A stretch of 58,617 nucleotides of DNA from a virus. Its lineage: Duplodnaviria > Caudoviricetes. Below, piece by piece: positions 16,057 to 29,800 of the stretch. Under the pieces are notes generated by a model. It made no database searches, was not told the DNA's origin, and was given only the letters and a program-made list of their open reading frames with translations. Each line of letters opens with the position of its first letter. Positions within the stretch are counted from its first letter, which is position 1. Location: IMG/VR virus record IMGVR_UViG_3300020455_000016, positions 1 through 58,617 of that record. One strand, written 5' to 3'. The position numbers were made by a program, and so were the translations under genes.

Positions 16057-18441
16057 TTAGACATCTGCAGTTCCTGTTCCAGGAAATGCTCTACCTGGAC
16101 CCCATATAATTCTCACCACACCTTTACCACCATTACCACCAAGGTTAGTAGAAGTGTTTTGCGGTCCAGTACCTACACCACCTCCACCTCCACCATATTC
16201 TCCACCAGGACCACCAGTCACAGCGTCATAATAATTAGTACCATCATTTTGTGGAGTTGTTCCATTTGTTCCATTATTTCCACCTGATCCTCCTCCACCA
16301 CCAAGCATGGTTCCACCATAAGTGTTATTAATTGGTGAATTAGAACCACTACCACTTATACCATAATCACCTACTCCACCACCACCTGCACCACCACCAA
16401 CTAAACCATTAGCAGAACCCGATCCACCAGCACCACCAGTTTCGCTATTACCATCTCCAGAATATCCACCAGCTCCACCACCACCACCGTATGATACAGC
16501 AGCACCTCCATTACCACCACCATCTCCAACAAAATCACCACCAGCTCCACCGTTACCTGTTCCTCTTTTACCACCACCACCTTTAACAGTAGTCGCATTT
16601 ACAAAATATGAATCTCCACCATCAGTTCCACCAGAATTATTACCTTGTCCAGCAGCACCAACTACTACAGTATAAGATTGACCTGGTGTTACAGAAATAC
16701 CATTCTTCCATCCAAGGCCACCGCCTCCACCACCTTTATGATCATCACCATCACCACCACCACCGCCACCAACTGCGACAACAGCAACATCATAAACATT
16801 ATTAGGTGCTGTCCAATTATATGTTCCTGCTGTATTATATACTTGTTGACCACTGGTTGTTGTACTACCACCGCTTCCTCCAGAAGGACCACTTCCTGTG
16901 TCAATCTCACGAACATCCTGCCAGTTACCATCCCCATCAATTTCAACTTTAATTGGAGCATTTGCTCTGATTTCAATTGGTACATCAATATCATCAACCA
17001 ACAATGCACTTGTTGTTACAACTGGTGATATTACTGGTTCTTCATCTCTTTCTAAATTATCTGATGGTGGAATAGTAATAAGATCAGGCATCTGATCTTG
17101 TGCTACAGAAATTACAGCACTTTGATCACTACCAGTAGTAACTCCATTGCTTGCTGAAATTGTATACTGCACTGCATTTAATGTTGGATCAAACATATCA
17201 TCATAATCAGTCCAAGTAATTGTGTCTGTTACAGTACCACTTTGGTTTACAGGAAGAGATGTTGTCAACATTTGCTGCTGGGTATTATCAATAGTATAAT
17301 ACCTGTATAAATTGACAGTATTAGCATTAGAACTACTATAATTTATTGTTACATTACTTCCAAATGGTAATGGATTTGGTGAAGCAGTAATACTAGCAGA
17401 TGGTGGTGGTAAAACATTAAGAGTAACTTGAGCACTATCACTACCACCAGACCCACTGACACTAATAGTATATGTGGTTGTAGATGTTGGATTTACTGTA
17501 GTAGTTGAACTTAATGGTACTGACCCAACACCTTGGTTAATATTAGCAGAACTAGCATCTCCACTTGTACTCCACGACAATGTTGCACTACCTCCTTGAG
17601 CAATAGTGGTTGGTGATACCGATATATTAACATTGGGTGGAACATAAACCGTTACAGTTGTAGTAGCAGTTGCACTAGTTCCACCATATCCACCAAGAGA
17701 AATACTATATGTTGTAGTTGTACTAGGATAAACAACTTTAGAACCACTGCTTACTGGTGATAGAGTATATCCTATTGTTGTTATTTGACCAGATATAGCA
17801 TCTTGTGTATTCCACGACAATGTAGAAGATTGTCCTTGTATTATTGAAGTTGGATTTCTAGTGAAAGAAACAGTTGGTGTATCATACGTACACCCTTGGT
17901 TAATATTAGCATTGGGATTATAGTTGTTGGCATTACCATCCATGCAACCATATACGTCGTATGTACATGATCCATCATCATAATATGCATTAGGGTCGTG
18001 GTTAGTGGCAGCAGGATCTGTACACCCATAATTATATGTACAAGATCCATCATCTACTGTTGCACTATAATTAGTATTATTTGCATTAGGATCAGTACAA
18101 CCATAAATGGGACAACCACCATATGACATGTTTGTATGCCTTCCATAGGAAGCAACTGCTGCTCTTTCACTAGCACCACCGTTATAGATGAATACAAAAA
18201 GGGACGTGTAGTATGTACTTGCTGCAGCAGAGCTACCATACACAGGCATGTTGCTTGGAGCAGTAAAGGTACCTTTCCAATATCCAGCACCACCAGCTTC
18301 AGCATACCTACCAAAGAAATACATGTACCAATTGCTTATCTCATCATAAACCCAGTCACTACCATCAGGAAACCAATAAGTATTTGGTTGGCAGTTGTTA
18401 GGGTTGCCATGAGCAAAAAAGTGACCGTAAGAAAATCCCAT
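16057..18441 (-). CDS. Fibre / adhesin-like protein (GCxD Cys repeats, Ig/PKD-like repeats, glycine-rich C-terminal domain)
   Basis: Three YGC[TM]D..A.N repeats; S.SPTTI.QG.S.TLSW repeats; VAVGGGGGG...GGNGGKGVVRIIW. Confidence 0.8.
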   Translation of the reverse strand: MGFSYGHFFAHGNPNNCQPNTYWFPDGSDWVYDEISNWYMYFFGRYAEAGGAGYWKGTFTAPSNMPVYGSSAAASTYYTSLFVFIYNGGASERAAVASYGRHTNMSYGGCPIYGCTDPNANNTNYSATVDDGSCTYNYGCTDPAATNHDPNAYYDDGSCTYDVYGCMDGNANNYNPNANINQGCTYDTPTVSFTRNPTSIIQGQSSTLSWNTQDAISGQITTIGYTLSPVSSGSKVVYPSTTTTYSISLGGYGGTSATATTTVTVYVPPNVNISVSPTTIAQGGSATLSWSTSGDASSANINQGVGSVPLSSTTTVNPTSTTTYTISVSGSGGSDSAQVTLNVLPPPSASITASPNPLPFGSNVTINYSSSNANTVNLYRYYTIDNTQQQMLTTSLPVNQSGTVTDTITWTDYDDMFDPTLNAVQYTISASNGVTTGSDQSAVISVAQDQMPDLITIPPSDNLERDEEPVISPVVTTSALLVDDIDVPIEIRANAPIKVEIDGDGNWQDVREIDTGSGPSGGSGGSTTTSGQQVYNTAGTYNWTAPNNVYDVAVVAVGGGGGGDGDDHKGGGGGGLGWKNGISVTPGQSYTVVVGAAGQGNNSGGTDGGDSYFVNATTVKGGGGKRGTGNGGAGGDFVGDGGGNGGAAVSYGGGGGAGGYSGDGNSETGGAGGSGSANGLVGGGAGGGGVGDYGISGSGSNSPINNTYGGTMLGGGGGSGGNNGTNGTTPQNDGTNYYDAVTGGPGGEYGGGGGGVGTGPQNTSTNLGGNGGKGVVRIIWGPGRAFPGTGTADV

Positions 18442-18453
18442 TTGATATCTTTG

Positions 18454-19371
18454 TTAAAATTTGATTATATAATGAACCATAACAAATGGTGTTACTACTT
18501 GATTTAGAACATCCAAATTTGATATATCTACATCGATATATGATTGCATCTCATCCAAATTAACTTGTGTAGTACTATATTTGTATGTAAAATTATGAGC
18601 GTATTCTGTTGGTCTAGTTAGATTATGGAGGTGTCCAGATGTTAAATTGCTGGTAGGATTCATAGATGTCTCTTCAAGTACATTACCACCAAAAGCATTA
18701 ACATCTGCAAAGGGATTTTCGTCACCTGCATTAGTAGTTTTACCATCACCATCAATTTTAGCATTTCCAGTATAATTCAACACCTTCTTATTTGGTGTTT
18801 CGTGAGAATGTGCCTGAAATTCTTCAATATCCATACCGTGAAGACTAGTCTTCCTAATCATATTATACTTAATATTTCCATTAAAATTGATAGTTGGTTC
18901 AGGATCTATTTGCATATACCCATTATAATTGCAATTAACTCTAGTACCAACATTACTACTTGCTTCTACCTCAACACCAACTCTATTAAGATTTGGTTTA
19001 TCTTCTTTAGTTAAACCAGTATATGATCCAGTACCTCTACCACCAACCATGACTTTAGATCCCAAATCTGGTACTTGAAACTGACCTAAATCACCTGTTT
19101 CTAAATCTGGATTTCTTAATGTTACACCATCTTTTTTAAATCTACACTCATCACCAACACCAAGAGTTTGTGCTAAACAATAATAATCTTTAACATTATA
19201 TACTCGACCATCACACGCTAAAAATCCTGCAGGAAAATTTTCCTTGAATATGGGATTTGTAGGATCTTTATCTAATAAAACACCTTCTATAGCATTCTGT
19301 TGAATAGTCCCAACTATTCCACCATAATGTGCCTTCTGTCTAGCGTAATTAGTAGATTGTGATTTTGCCAT
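18454..19371 (-). CDS. Tail-collar domain protein (short-fibre-like)
   Basis: IVGTI...PAGFLACDGRVY...FQVPDLGSK; ends YIIKF. Confidence 0.8.
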   Translation of the reverse strand: MAKSQSTNYARQKAHYGGIVGTIQQNAIEGVLLDKDPTNPIFKENFPAGFLACDGRVYNVKDYYCLAQTLGVGDECRFKKDGVTLRNPDLETGDLGQFQVPDLGSKVMVGGRGTGSYTGLTKEDKPNLNRVGVEVEASSNVGTRVNCNYNGYMQIDPEPTINFNGNIKYNMIRKTSLHGMDIEEFQAHSHETPNKKVLNYTGNAKIDGDGKTTNAGDENPFADVNAFGGNVLEETSMNPTSNLTSGHLHNLTRPTEYAHNFTYKYSTTQVNLDEMQSYIDVDISNLDVLNQVVTPFVMVHYIIKF

Positions 19372-20873
19372 TAGTATGCTCTGATGATGTAAACACAGGT
19401 CATTTGTGGTTGTGATACATTAAAATCTATTTGTAGGGCATTTGTATTATCAGCATTACCCAAAAAATCTGTTTGTGTTGGTATATTTACGTTAGCAACA
19501 AGACTACTTCTTTGTTTTAATCTTGTACTATCAAATTCAATATCAAAATCATCATGTGTATGTGTCCGAATTACATCATTTGCTACATTTGTTGTGAAAT
19601 TATATCCAGGATGCTCCATAAGAGTACCACGGATTAAAGCATCAGTATCAGGAAATACGTCTATACCTGGTTGATATGGTAATGCTCCTAGTGTATTTAC
19701 ATTAGCAGCATCAGCATCTATATAATAATTTCTATAACCATTAGGAATCGTAAGGAAACCACCTCCATCAGCAAATTTTACAGTCTGATTTGAATCTATT
19801 CTAGGTCCATTAGGATGTTCATCTGTTATAAGAAATCTATCTGACATTGGAGTATCAGTAACTCCCACTGGTGTCAATTCATATGGTGGTGGTGTAGATT
19901 CAACTTTTGCCAAAATACACCCAAAAGAACCGTTATCAATACCAACAGGAACATCAGTTACACTAGCATCAGGCCACCATAATTGATACAAATTAGTTTG
20001 CGAACCATATGGTCCATTTGTATATGCTCCTGGTTGTGCAGATGATGGGAACCAGTTGTACGTACCTGCATTACCAGGAGCACCAGAAGCTGTCACAGCT
20101 TGCGTCTCACCAACACTTATAGCAGGAGCAGTAAATCTACTCGCATAGGTATTATCAGCACCAACAATATCATCAGTCCAACCCCAATAATATGTATCAC
20201 CTTTATCATCACCTGATCGGTTGTCAATAGCTTGCATTCTTATACTATATTCTACTTCACCAAAAGGTATAACACCTTCACCTGGTTGTGTTCTACTAAA
20301 ATCTGATATGGTCTCGTGTGATCCAGGATGTGTATGCCTCTTAATATGCTTTCTACCAAGTTTTCTTGGTGCTACGTATACTGTATGGAACCCTTCACCA
20401 TCTATTTTAGTATTACCTGTAATCTTTCCAGCATATCCTGTAGCATCAGTAGCAGGAAGAGTGAATACTATATCAGTGAAAACATCAGTAAATGATGTAA
20501 CAATAGATTGACTCTCATGTGTACCTATCTTTGATGATAATAATGTTCTTGCATCAGTATCCTCATCAGCAACTCTACCAGTAGGTGAACCACCACCAGT
20601 AAAATATGCCTCCTCTACATCCATCAGTGCTTTGTCATTAAGATTTGGCATCTTAAGTGTACCTGAATATGCTGGAAAACTACCAGTCAAAGAACTAGTA
20701 CCAGTATTATATGTGTCACCAATAGTTTGAGTTAATAAAGGATAATCCCCAGCATTTACAAACTGTCCATCACATACAATCCAACCTTTAGGGATGGAAG
20801 TTATACCTCCACCCCATGGCATAATTGTACCAATAGCTGCTGCTTTAGCAGTTTTAGATTCTTGATAAAACAT
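19371..20873 (-). CDS. Tail-collar domain protein (short-fibre-like)
   Basis: IGTIMPWGG...IPKGWIVCDGQ...YPLL...IG.TY...MPNLN; HxH motifs; ends YIIRAY. Confidence 0.85.
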   Translation of the reverse strand: MFYQESKTAKAAAIGTIMPWGGGITSIPKGWIVCDGQFVNAGDYPLLTQTIGDTYNTGTSSLTGSFPAYSGTLKMPNLNDKALMDVEEAYFTGGGSPTGRVADEDTDARTLLSSKIGTHESQSIVTSFTDVFTDIVFTLPATDATGYAGKITGNTKIDGEGFHTVYVAPRKLGRKHIKRHTHPGSHETISDFSRTQPGEGVIPFGEVEYSIRMQAIDNRSGDDKGDTYYWGWTDDIVGADNTYASRFTAPAISVGETQAVTASGAPGNAGTYNWFPSSAQPGAYTNGPYGSQTNLYQLWWPDASVTDVPVGIDNGSFGCILAKVESTPPPYELTPVGVTDTPMSDRFLITDEHPNGPRIDSNQTVKFADGGGFLTIPNGYRNYYIDADAANVNTLGALPYQPGIDVFPDTDALIRGTLMEHPGYNFTTNVANDVIRTHTHDDFDIEFDSTRLKQRSSLVANVNIPTQTDFLGNADNTNALQIDFNVSQPQMTCVYIIRAY

Positions 20874-23800
20874 TTATACTTCTATTAGATACCAACCAGT
20901 TTTGGATGTAGGAGCAGCAGTACCACCATCAGGTGTACTATTTCCTACGTATAACAATGCAAACCCAGCAAATGGAGTTTGAACAACTAATTCACCACCT
21001 TGATAAGCACTTAAGTCAGCAGTATTACCTGACAACATTGCAGTTCCTGTATTATCACTAGCGTTTTGTACCTTAACATTTGTTGCTGCTCTAATAACCA
21101 ATGACATGTTGTATGTTAAGAGTCCACCTATATCTATGATACGAATCATATCACCAATTAATGGATTCTGTGGTAGTTTAACAACTGTATTCTGTGAAAC
21201 ATCCAACACATAATTTGTATTGACTGCTGCATTAATTTCAAAGTCAGCAGAGTATTCCCACTTCCTACCACCTGTCTGGGTGAAGTAGTTAGATATACCA
21301 GCAATATTAACAGCACCGTCATTCTCAACACTGAAGATTTTATTTCCTCCAGAATTAATTGTTAAATCACCACCATTAATAGTTGCATCTTTAGTTACAA
21401 CTAGGTCACCACCAAATGTACTTGTACCTGTACCTAGAGCAGAGAATGAACCATATGATGTAAAGTCACCAGAAGAATTAACAAATTTCAATCTTGGTGT
21501 AGTGCCATCATCACCAAAGATATCAATATCACCACCATTGATGGTTAAATCACCAGTTGCAGTATCTACTTCTAATGTAGTTCTCTTTGTGATGGTATTA
21601 GATCCACCATTAGTTAATCTAAACCACTCTGTCTCCTCTACTACTGAACCGTTAAGAGTAAATGAATCCTCAATGGTTAGTTTACCAGCGATAGTGGTAT
21701 CACCAGTAACAGCATTAACAGTTAATTTATTATATCCTTGACCAACACCCAAGTCACCTTGTAGTTTGGTATTTCCTGTTAGTGATTGTACTTCAAAGGT
21801 TCTATTCTCTGGATCTCCACCATCAGTTACAATTAGAGATTTAATCTCTGTACTGATAAGATCTACAACCTTAACTATCTCTGTATCAGATAGTAAGAGA
21901 TAATCAAATTCCGTTAAGACTCCACCAAATTCTGCAACACCTATCCTTACATTTTGATCATCATCAATAAGATTAGAAGCACTCTTGACTCTAATCTCTG
22001 CTTCTGTTGGTTCATTATCCCAAAGTACTGTACCAGCAGCAAGATTACCTCCTATCTTAACTGTACATGATGTACCAGTAGGAGTTAAACCACTCTGCAC
22101 AATCCACTCACCATTTAATTCTGATGTTGTACTACCACTAATAGCGATAGACTCACCATAATCAATACTCAAATCAGCATTAGTCTTACTGTTACCCCAG
22201 TTGATAGTTAGAATGTCATTTCCAGTAGAAACCAGAGTTGTACCAGCAATATCTGTATTAGATAACAGGAGACTTGATATAGGATCTATCTCATCATCAA
22301 GATCAAGGTCAAATCCTGTAATGTATGTTGCGTTAACTTGCTTATCAAGTTTAGCAATGACACAATCATCTGGGTGATCAGTTCTCTTTGTAGTACCATC
22401 AAGTCCACGACTAACTGCTAATCTATAACCATCTGGATCATTACCATTAGTAATGTTAATTAATCCTTCAACTCTAACTATCTCATTCTGATTCTCATTC
22501 TTGGTAAGTGTTGTACCATTTGGATTCAAACCATTAGGAGAACTTGCATGACCTCTTTCAATTAGTAGTAAGTCACCAATCTTAAAGTCAGTAACAGAAG
22601 GTTGTGTTATTGGTAAAACATATAAAGAACCAGATGCATTAACACCTTGAACTTTAAATGTAATATCATCACCACTTGGATTACCTAAAGAAGCAGCAGA
22701 TATTGTAAGATCATCATTATCTACGTAATTAGATCCTGGAGCAACTACCTCAATAGTAGCATTTCCACTAGCGTCAACAATGACTGTGAATAATGCTCCT
22801 GTACCCTGTCCACCTGTAACTTCTACGAATGAGTATGTAGTATTAGCAACCCATGTAGAACTCTGTGATGGAGAAATAGTATCGATATTAACAATTTGAC
22901 CTGATGAAACTAGATATGAATCTCCACCCCAAGGTCCAACACCCTGTGTATCAATCAACTTACCTGTATTACTATACTTAAGGAAGTCTACGTTAGGATT
23001 TTCAAGAGAACCTACAACATGTGTTGATCTTCCTGCACCAAACCTATCTCTTTCTATTTCAATAATACCTGCTTTCTGTCCACCAACCAATTTGATGTCA
23101 GAATTACCAGTTGTACTTGCAAGAATGTTAAGACTATTCCTTACGGTAGTGCTACCACCAAGAGATGCAATCTCAACTTTAGAAGAGTTAAGACCTAATG
23201 TTAGATGAGTAGTATCAGTACCATCAAATACATTAACCTTACCTGCTTGAGTAAAGATACGTGTTTCGGATGTACCAGCAAAAGAACCGATCTCTAATGT
23301 ACCAGCAGTCTTTGTCTGATATGTACCAATCAGTGTTGAACTAGCAGGATTTGCAGCAGCACCACCAAGAGTGATAGTACAACTACTTGTTACCTGATCA
23401 GTAGCACTACCAATATCTACGATAGAACTACTAGTTCCTTTGTGTATCTCAAGTATACTATTACCAGCAGAAGCACCCATTCTAAATGTATGGGTTTGAC
23501 CAACAGCAACGTTGTTACCAACGTTTATTTGTTGTGACTGTGTGGTATTATTACCAAGAACGATAGACTCTGCATTGTTTAGACCAATGAAGAAGTCTGT
23601 ATCAGTATTAACGAAATTGAATGTTCCAGCAGTACTGTTAATGTCTCCACCATCAACACTTAAATCTTCAGTTATTTGAACATTTCCTGTAAATCTTGCA
23701 TCACCAACAACAACCAAGTTTTTATCTAATTCATTCTCTGCTGCTAAACCAATGGTAGTGTTAATACCAACACGTCCACCGTTAGCAGTAGAAACACGTA

Positions 23801-26800
23801 ATGTAGCAGCATTATTTGGAGTGGCACTATCACCACCAACCAAGAATGCATTTGTTACATCGAAGTATGTTTTGTTATTTGATGGTTCAGATAGATAATT
23901 ATTTGCTGTAACATCACCATTAGCGTCATAAGTAACAAGAGACTTACCAGAGATGAATGCTGTACCAACAACATCTAGGTTAGCACGAGGTTCTGTATCC
24001 TCATTTACATGACCAGTTAAAGCACCCTCAATTGCCATTCTAGCAATTGTGTTAACACCTAACTGAAGATCGCCTGGTACCTGTGTCTCTGTACGTAGTA
24101 CTTCAGCACCGATTACACCTAGTTCCTTCCAACTAGAATTAGATACCTCTAGTTTAGCACCAGCACCTTGTGAGTCCCAGTCATATACTTCAGCACCAAT
24201 TGTGTTGTATACTACAATCTTACACTTATTATTATCAACACCTGCCTGATCTGCCTCGGTAATAGTCCAGATACCATTTATAAATGTATTGCTAAAGTTA
24301 GAAATACGTAATAAATTACCTACCTGAACACCAAGTCCAGCATTATCACTACCAACTTGCCACTCAATCTCTACTGTTGTAGTATTATCAGCAGTTACCT
24401 TAAGGATATTAGAATCAGTAATCTCTGTATAGTAGTTTGCATAGATCCATCCCCATGAACCAGACTTACCTACTTCCTTACCTTTAAGAAGAATATCTCC
24501 ATCTACTGGTGTATTAGAAGAACCATATGTAATAGTCTGTTCAGCATAGAATGAATTGCCACCACTAGCAACTAATGCAGTCTGATTAGGTGTAGTATTT
24601 GATGGTTTACCACCTGTATAATGTGTCTTTATAGTATAAACCTGACCTGGATCAGAGAGATTACCTCTTGGGTTAAATGCAAATACAGCAGCATTAACTT
24701 GGTTCTCGGTTAGAACAATATCACCAGACTTATTATTAATGAAACTTTGACGTGAAAGTGTTGGATCGCCAGTTGAAGCATCAATTAAACTTTGTACACG
24801 TAAAGAATCACCAACAGAAGGATCAACAGTAATGGTTACAGGATTCTGGAAGAATGCCTCACCTTCAACAGTAATCTTATCATTGAATGTAACAGCAGTA
24901 TCAAATGTTGTTACTAATACACCAATCTTGTCATCATCATCCTCTGTCTCAAGAAGTAATGCTTGTTCAAGGAAGGTTTCTTCGCCTGTAATAGCGTTGA
25001 TCTTCTTGTTACCTATATAAAGGTCTCCGTTGGAGTTTAGACCTGTGTAGAAGACTATACCGCCATCTTCACGTTTTGCTTGAGCATAGAAGTCTTGCTT
25101 GTCTGAAAGAACAACTTCCTGACGTACAGGGAAACCAGTTGAATAGTTACCTGGACCAAAACCAAGATATTCAAACGTATGGTTACCAGATCTAGCAATA
25201 GATGGTCTTCTTAATTCAACATAGAATCTACCTTCTAATGGATATGCAGAGTCACCAGCAATAGATATCTGTCTGTTCTCTGAACCTATAGAGGCATTAC
25301 CAGACTGTGCTTGAATTCTATTATCAATAATATTACTTGCTAAATCAGATGTACTATTAGTATATTCATATGGTGCTAAAGGATCAGTCTCTAATAGATC
25401 AACCACTGCTTCTTTAGTCTCACTGAACTTACTATCGTTTAGGGTTACATAACCGTGGATGTAGTTGTGAGCAGCAGCAACTGATGATGGTGGATCAAGT
25501 TTAGTTGTATCTCTAGATCCATCTACCTGAACTTGGAACCATAAGGGGTCATTCTTAAAGTTTAAAGGATATAGATTAGAAATTGGTTGTGAGAACTTAT
25601 AGTTCTGGAAATTATTACCTACACCAGCACCTGTTGGGAATGGTGAGATATTACCACGTACACATGTTAAGTAGTAGATACCTTCCTGTTGGTTAGGAAT
25701 AACTTCTTGAATTGTTTCACTATTAAAGATGTAGAATGTATCTTCGATTTCAGGTACGTCTGATAGTCCAGCAATCGTATAAGTATGACCTGTTGGTGTA
25801 GTTACCTTATCACCAGGAGTTACTGTATATACATTAGCACCTGCTACTCTATAAAGATAATTAGAAAGACTAGATCTTGACTTATCATCAGTTGTTCCAG
25901 CAGCATCTGGATTACCATTTAGTAACCAGAACGTTCCATTAGATTGTGTAAATGTTGTAGTAAGACTCGCATCATATTCAAGTTTTCCTGTTGTATTCTT
26001 AAGTATGACATAATCATCTGATGATATAGGATCTGTATAATATCCATGAACATAACCAGTACCTGTGTTATTACCAGTCCATGTTACAAAGTTAGTTTCA
26101 GTGTTATTAAGTAGATCTGTTTGTATGCCAGCACCTTGAGGTGGTGTAATCTTAATAATTACAAATTGCTCATTCTTGAGTAATGCATTGTCAACAGTAT
26201 GATCAAATACAGTTAGTTCTAATCTATCATCAGATAAGTTATTTTGAACTGTCTTTGCACTTTGAATTGTTACCTTAACTTTACTATCAAATTCAATTTG
26301 TAATCCATTATTATATGCATCATAGAATAGATTATCGTTGTCTAAATCAGTAACACCTGCAGTATCAAGATCTGTTAGAGATAAACCTAACTGTTCAGTA
26401 GGACGTGCTGGGTTACTAAATTCAGCAACATCTGGAGCACCATTACTAAATGGTTCTAGATAGAATTTCTGTGGTCTTAATTTTCTTCTATCATCTGTTC
26501 TTGTCTTAATGACATAACCATTAAGTGGTTCTCTTACGTTCTGTAAATATTGTGGAATAACATAACGTAAACGATAGATACGATCATCAGGAGTTCTCTC
26601 ATCCTCTAGTCTCTCAAACCATGTATCAGGTGAAAAGAGATTACCAGTACCATCTAGGAAGTCAGCAGCATGGAATCTAGTCAGAATATTATTTGGATCA
26701 GCACCACCAACAGAATCTGGTTTAACATTTAAGTACCAACGTTGATATACTTCTGCATCATATTTTAAAGGACTGGTTATTTTATCACCATATGCTAGGA

Positions 26801-29800
26801 AGTCACTACCACTGTTAGCAGTAAATACTACTGCATTAACACCTGCTCTAGCATCTGACTCTGATGTATGAACACTAAACTTGGTCTTCGTTACCCATCT
26901 TGGATAGTAATAAGTATTAGAATCTACTACACCACCACCAGCAATAGTTGGTAGTTGAGAACTAGCATCAGCAGAAGTCTTAAAGAATATTTTCTGTACA
27001 GATACAGAATCCAATGGCATATCAAATACGTGTGGAATATCTGTTTCGATATTAGTACCACTTACGTTACAAATATAACGATGTAGATCATACTTATCAT
27101 CTAGTACATACTGTTGAATCTCTACATCTACACCAGTATCAACGTAATCTGTTTCTGGAGAGAAGATGTATATACCAGCAGCAGCATTCTCTTTAGATGC
27201 AGCAAGCATTAATTTTGTAGAATTTGTTCTATCAAATTCTTTTCCTGCTCCATGCCATGTCTTTGGATATGTTTCTCTACCTGGAGCAATTACATAATAG
27301 ATTTGGTTAGTAGCAAATCCTACTGGAAGTCTTACAAGTCTCTTGTCCAAAGCATAATTTGCTTTTGGTACAAGTCTTACAGGTGTACCAGTTGTCCATC
27401 CATGTGGGTCAGATTGACCACCACCAGTAGCAATAGTGAATATTGTAGCACGACCAGACAATGAAGAAGAATTGATGATTGCTTCTACTCTTGTTATTGA
27501 TGATGCATTACCTGATAAAATAAGATTAAAAGTATCGTAGTAACCTTGTATTGCACTAGCAATATTTGTACACTCTGGATACTGTGTATCAATAGTAATG
27601 GTCTCATCTGTATACTGGGATTCAGTAGCATAAGTGGCTGTATTCTTAAAGTACAACCAAGCAGTTGATGTACCAGCAGATGTAACAGTATATGGACTAC
27701 CAGTACTTCTATCCTTTATACTAATTGTTGTAGCATTAATAACCTGATCAATAACAAGATTAGATCCAGGAATATTATTTACAACTGCACTTGTAGCAGT
27801 TGTATCAACGTATCCTTCAGTAAAATCAGACTGAAGATATTCAGTAACTGTCATTCCTGATACTAGTCCAGAAGTATCACCAACAATTACATTGGAACTA
27901 TTTTGTGTAAAGGTACAATTCTTAATTAGAAGTGTAAAGTTACGCATTGCACCAAACATCAATCGTTTGGCGTGATCCATAGCATCTAATGTTTCTGATA
28001 ACTCATTGGTAATATAGTTAACAGTATTGCCTTGGATGTATGATTCACCAGCATTAATACTATTGATGTTACCACCAACACGTAAATCCTTGATAACAGC
28101 ATCAACAAAGTATCCAATATCTCTTGCACACTTGGTGATAGTGATAGCAGGATTAGTTACAAGTGCTGGATATTTTGCTGTAATATAACCATATGTTTCA
28201 GATGCAATCCAATCCTTATTCCTTTCAATAAGAGTTGCAGCATCTTGAGCAGTGTTGAAATCATCAGTTGCATCACCACCAATTTCAAATGAAGTATTGA
28301 AATCAGCAGGTTTTAATGTTGATAGTGAAGCAGTGTATGATGTCCATCCACTTGGTGATAGTTCAGCATGATATGTTTGCTTACCACCAGCACCAACTGA
28401 TTGTAACTTAACATAGAGTTCCTCTCCTGACTTGGCACCTATTCTATATCCACCAATATTAGCAGCAGGTCTATCTGCAGGACTTTGATTATTATCACCA
28501 GAAAGGAATAGTTTTGTGTGGTTTGACTGATCATTAGACTTTTCGATATCTAATGTATAGTACTGTTGCTTAACAGTTGCAGTAGCAGAAGTATTAACTA
28601 CTTTAGGTGGAATAATAGCATCAATATATCCACCTTTATCTTGATTAAAGGCAAATCCCTTAAATCCTTTGGAGTGGAGTGAAGTATTACCAAAGTTACT
28701 GTTAGAGTTGGTGATACTCATATCACCACCAGACTCTAGTAAGAAGTGGTTGTGGAATCCAACAGCGAATACTGAAACTGCCTGTATAAATGCATCATCA
28801 GTACATTTGATATGGAAGTTTCTCCAGTCATCCTTCCAGAATGCATCACCTTTAGTATGATATGGAACAGTAGCAAATGCATCAGATAATGATGCTTGAT
28901 TCCATGTGTTATTAAATCTATCGTAACGGATGAATGCTCTATCGTCTTTCTGTAGAGATACACCAGTGTATTGGGCAACAACCATAGACTTGAATCCAGT
29001 TACCATGGATCCATCTGCCCACATACCACAAATACCCCATGTAGATCTGATGGAACAGTTGAATACGTATGGTGATGCAGATTCAACAGAGTCAATTTCT
29101 GCTTGTATAAGAGCACCAGATCCTAATTGACCTGCTGCAGCAGTGTAAGTAGCACCAGATACTAATCCAAGACCAGCAGCATTAGTTGGTATCTCATATG
29201 TGAATAATTTATCGTTAGTTGAATCAATTGTAGTTACTTTCCATGTACCATTAATTTCATTAGATAGTCCAGTGTTAAGTACAGCAACGTACTGTCCTAC
29301 GAAATAACCATGGTCAATCTTGGTTGTAACAGATAATGTAGAAGATGATCCACCAGCATTATCTTCAATTTTAATACTCTCGATTGATCTAGTATCAGAT
29401 AGAGGACCAACAATTCTGGTTTCTTGTACAAGAGCATCAAATTCTCCATCATCTATAGTAGGTTGGAACTGTGCAAATGCTTTTCCTACCTTTGTATAGT
29501 AGAGATCTAGTTCATCATTACCAGCATAAGTCATCACAGTGAGCTTATGGTGAGAATATTCAGGAACTGATAGTGATGAGAAATCACCTTTCTTATTATA
29601 AACCTTACCTACATTATCAGCAGCATCATAAAGAGGTGAATTTGTAGATAAATCACCATCCTTAATAGTAAACTGCCATAAGTAGCAACCACCAGTTAAA
29701 TTAAAGACAGAAGACCTAGGTTGATCTCCATCTATACAATCAGGAACATATAGTGGTCTAACAATTGTTCTACGTAGGTCATAACCTATTAGTGAACAAC

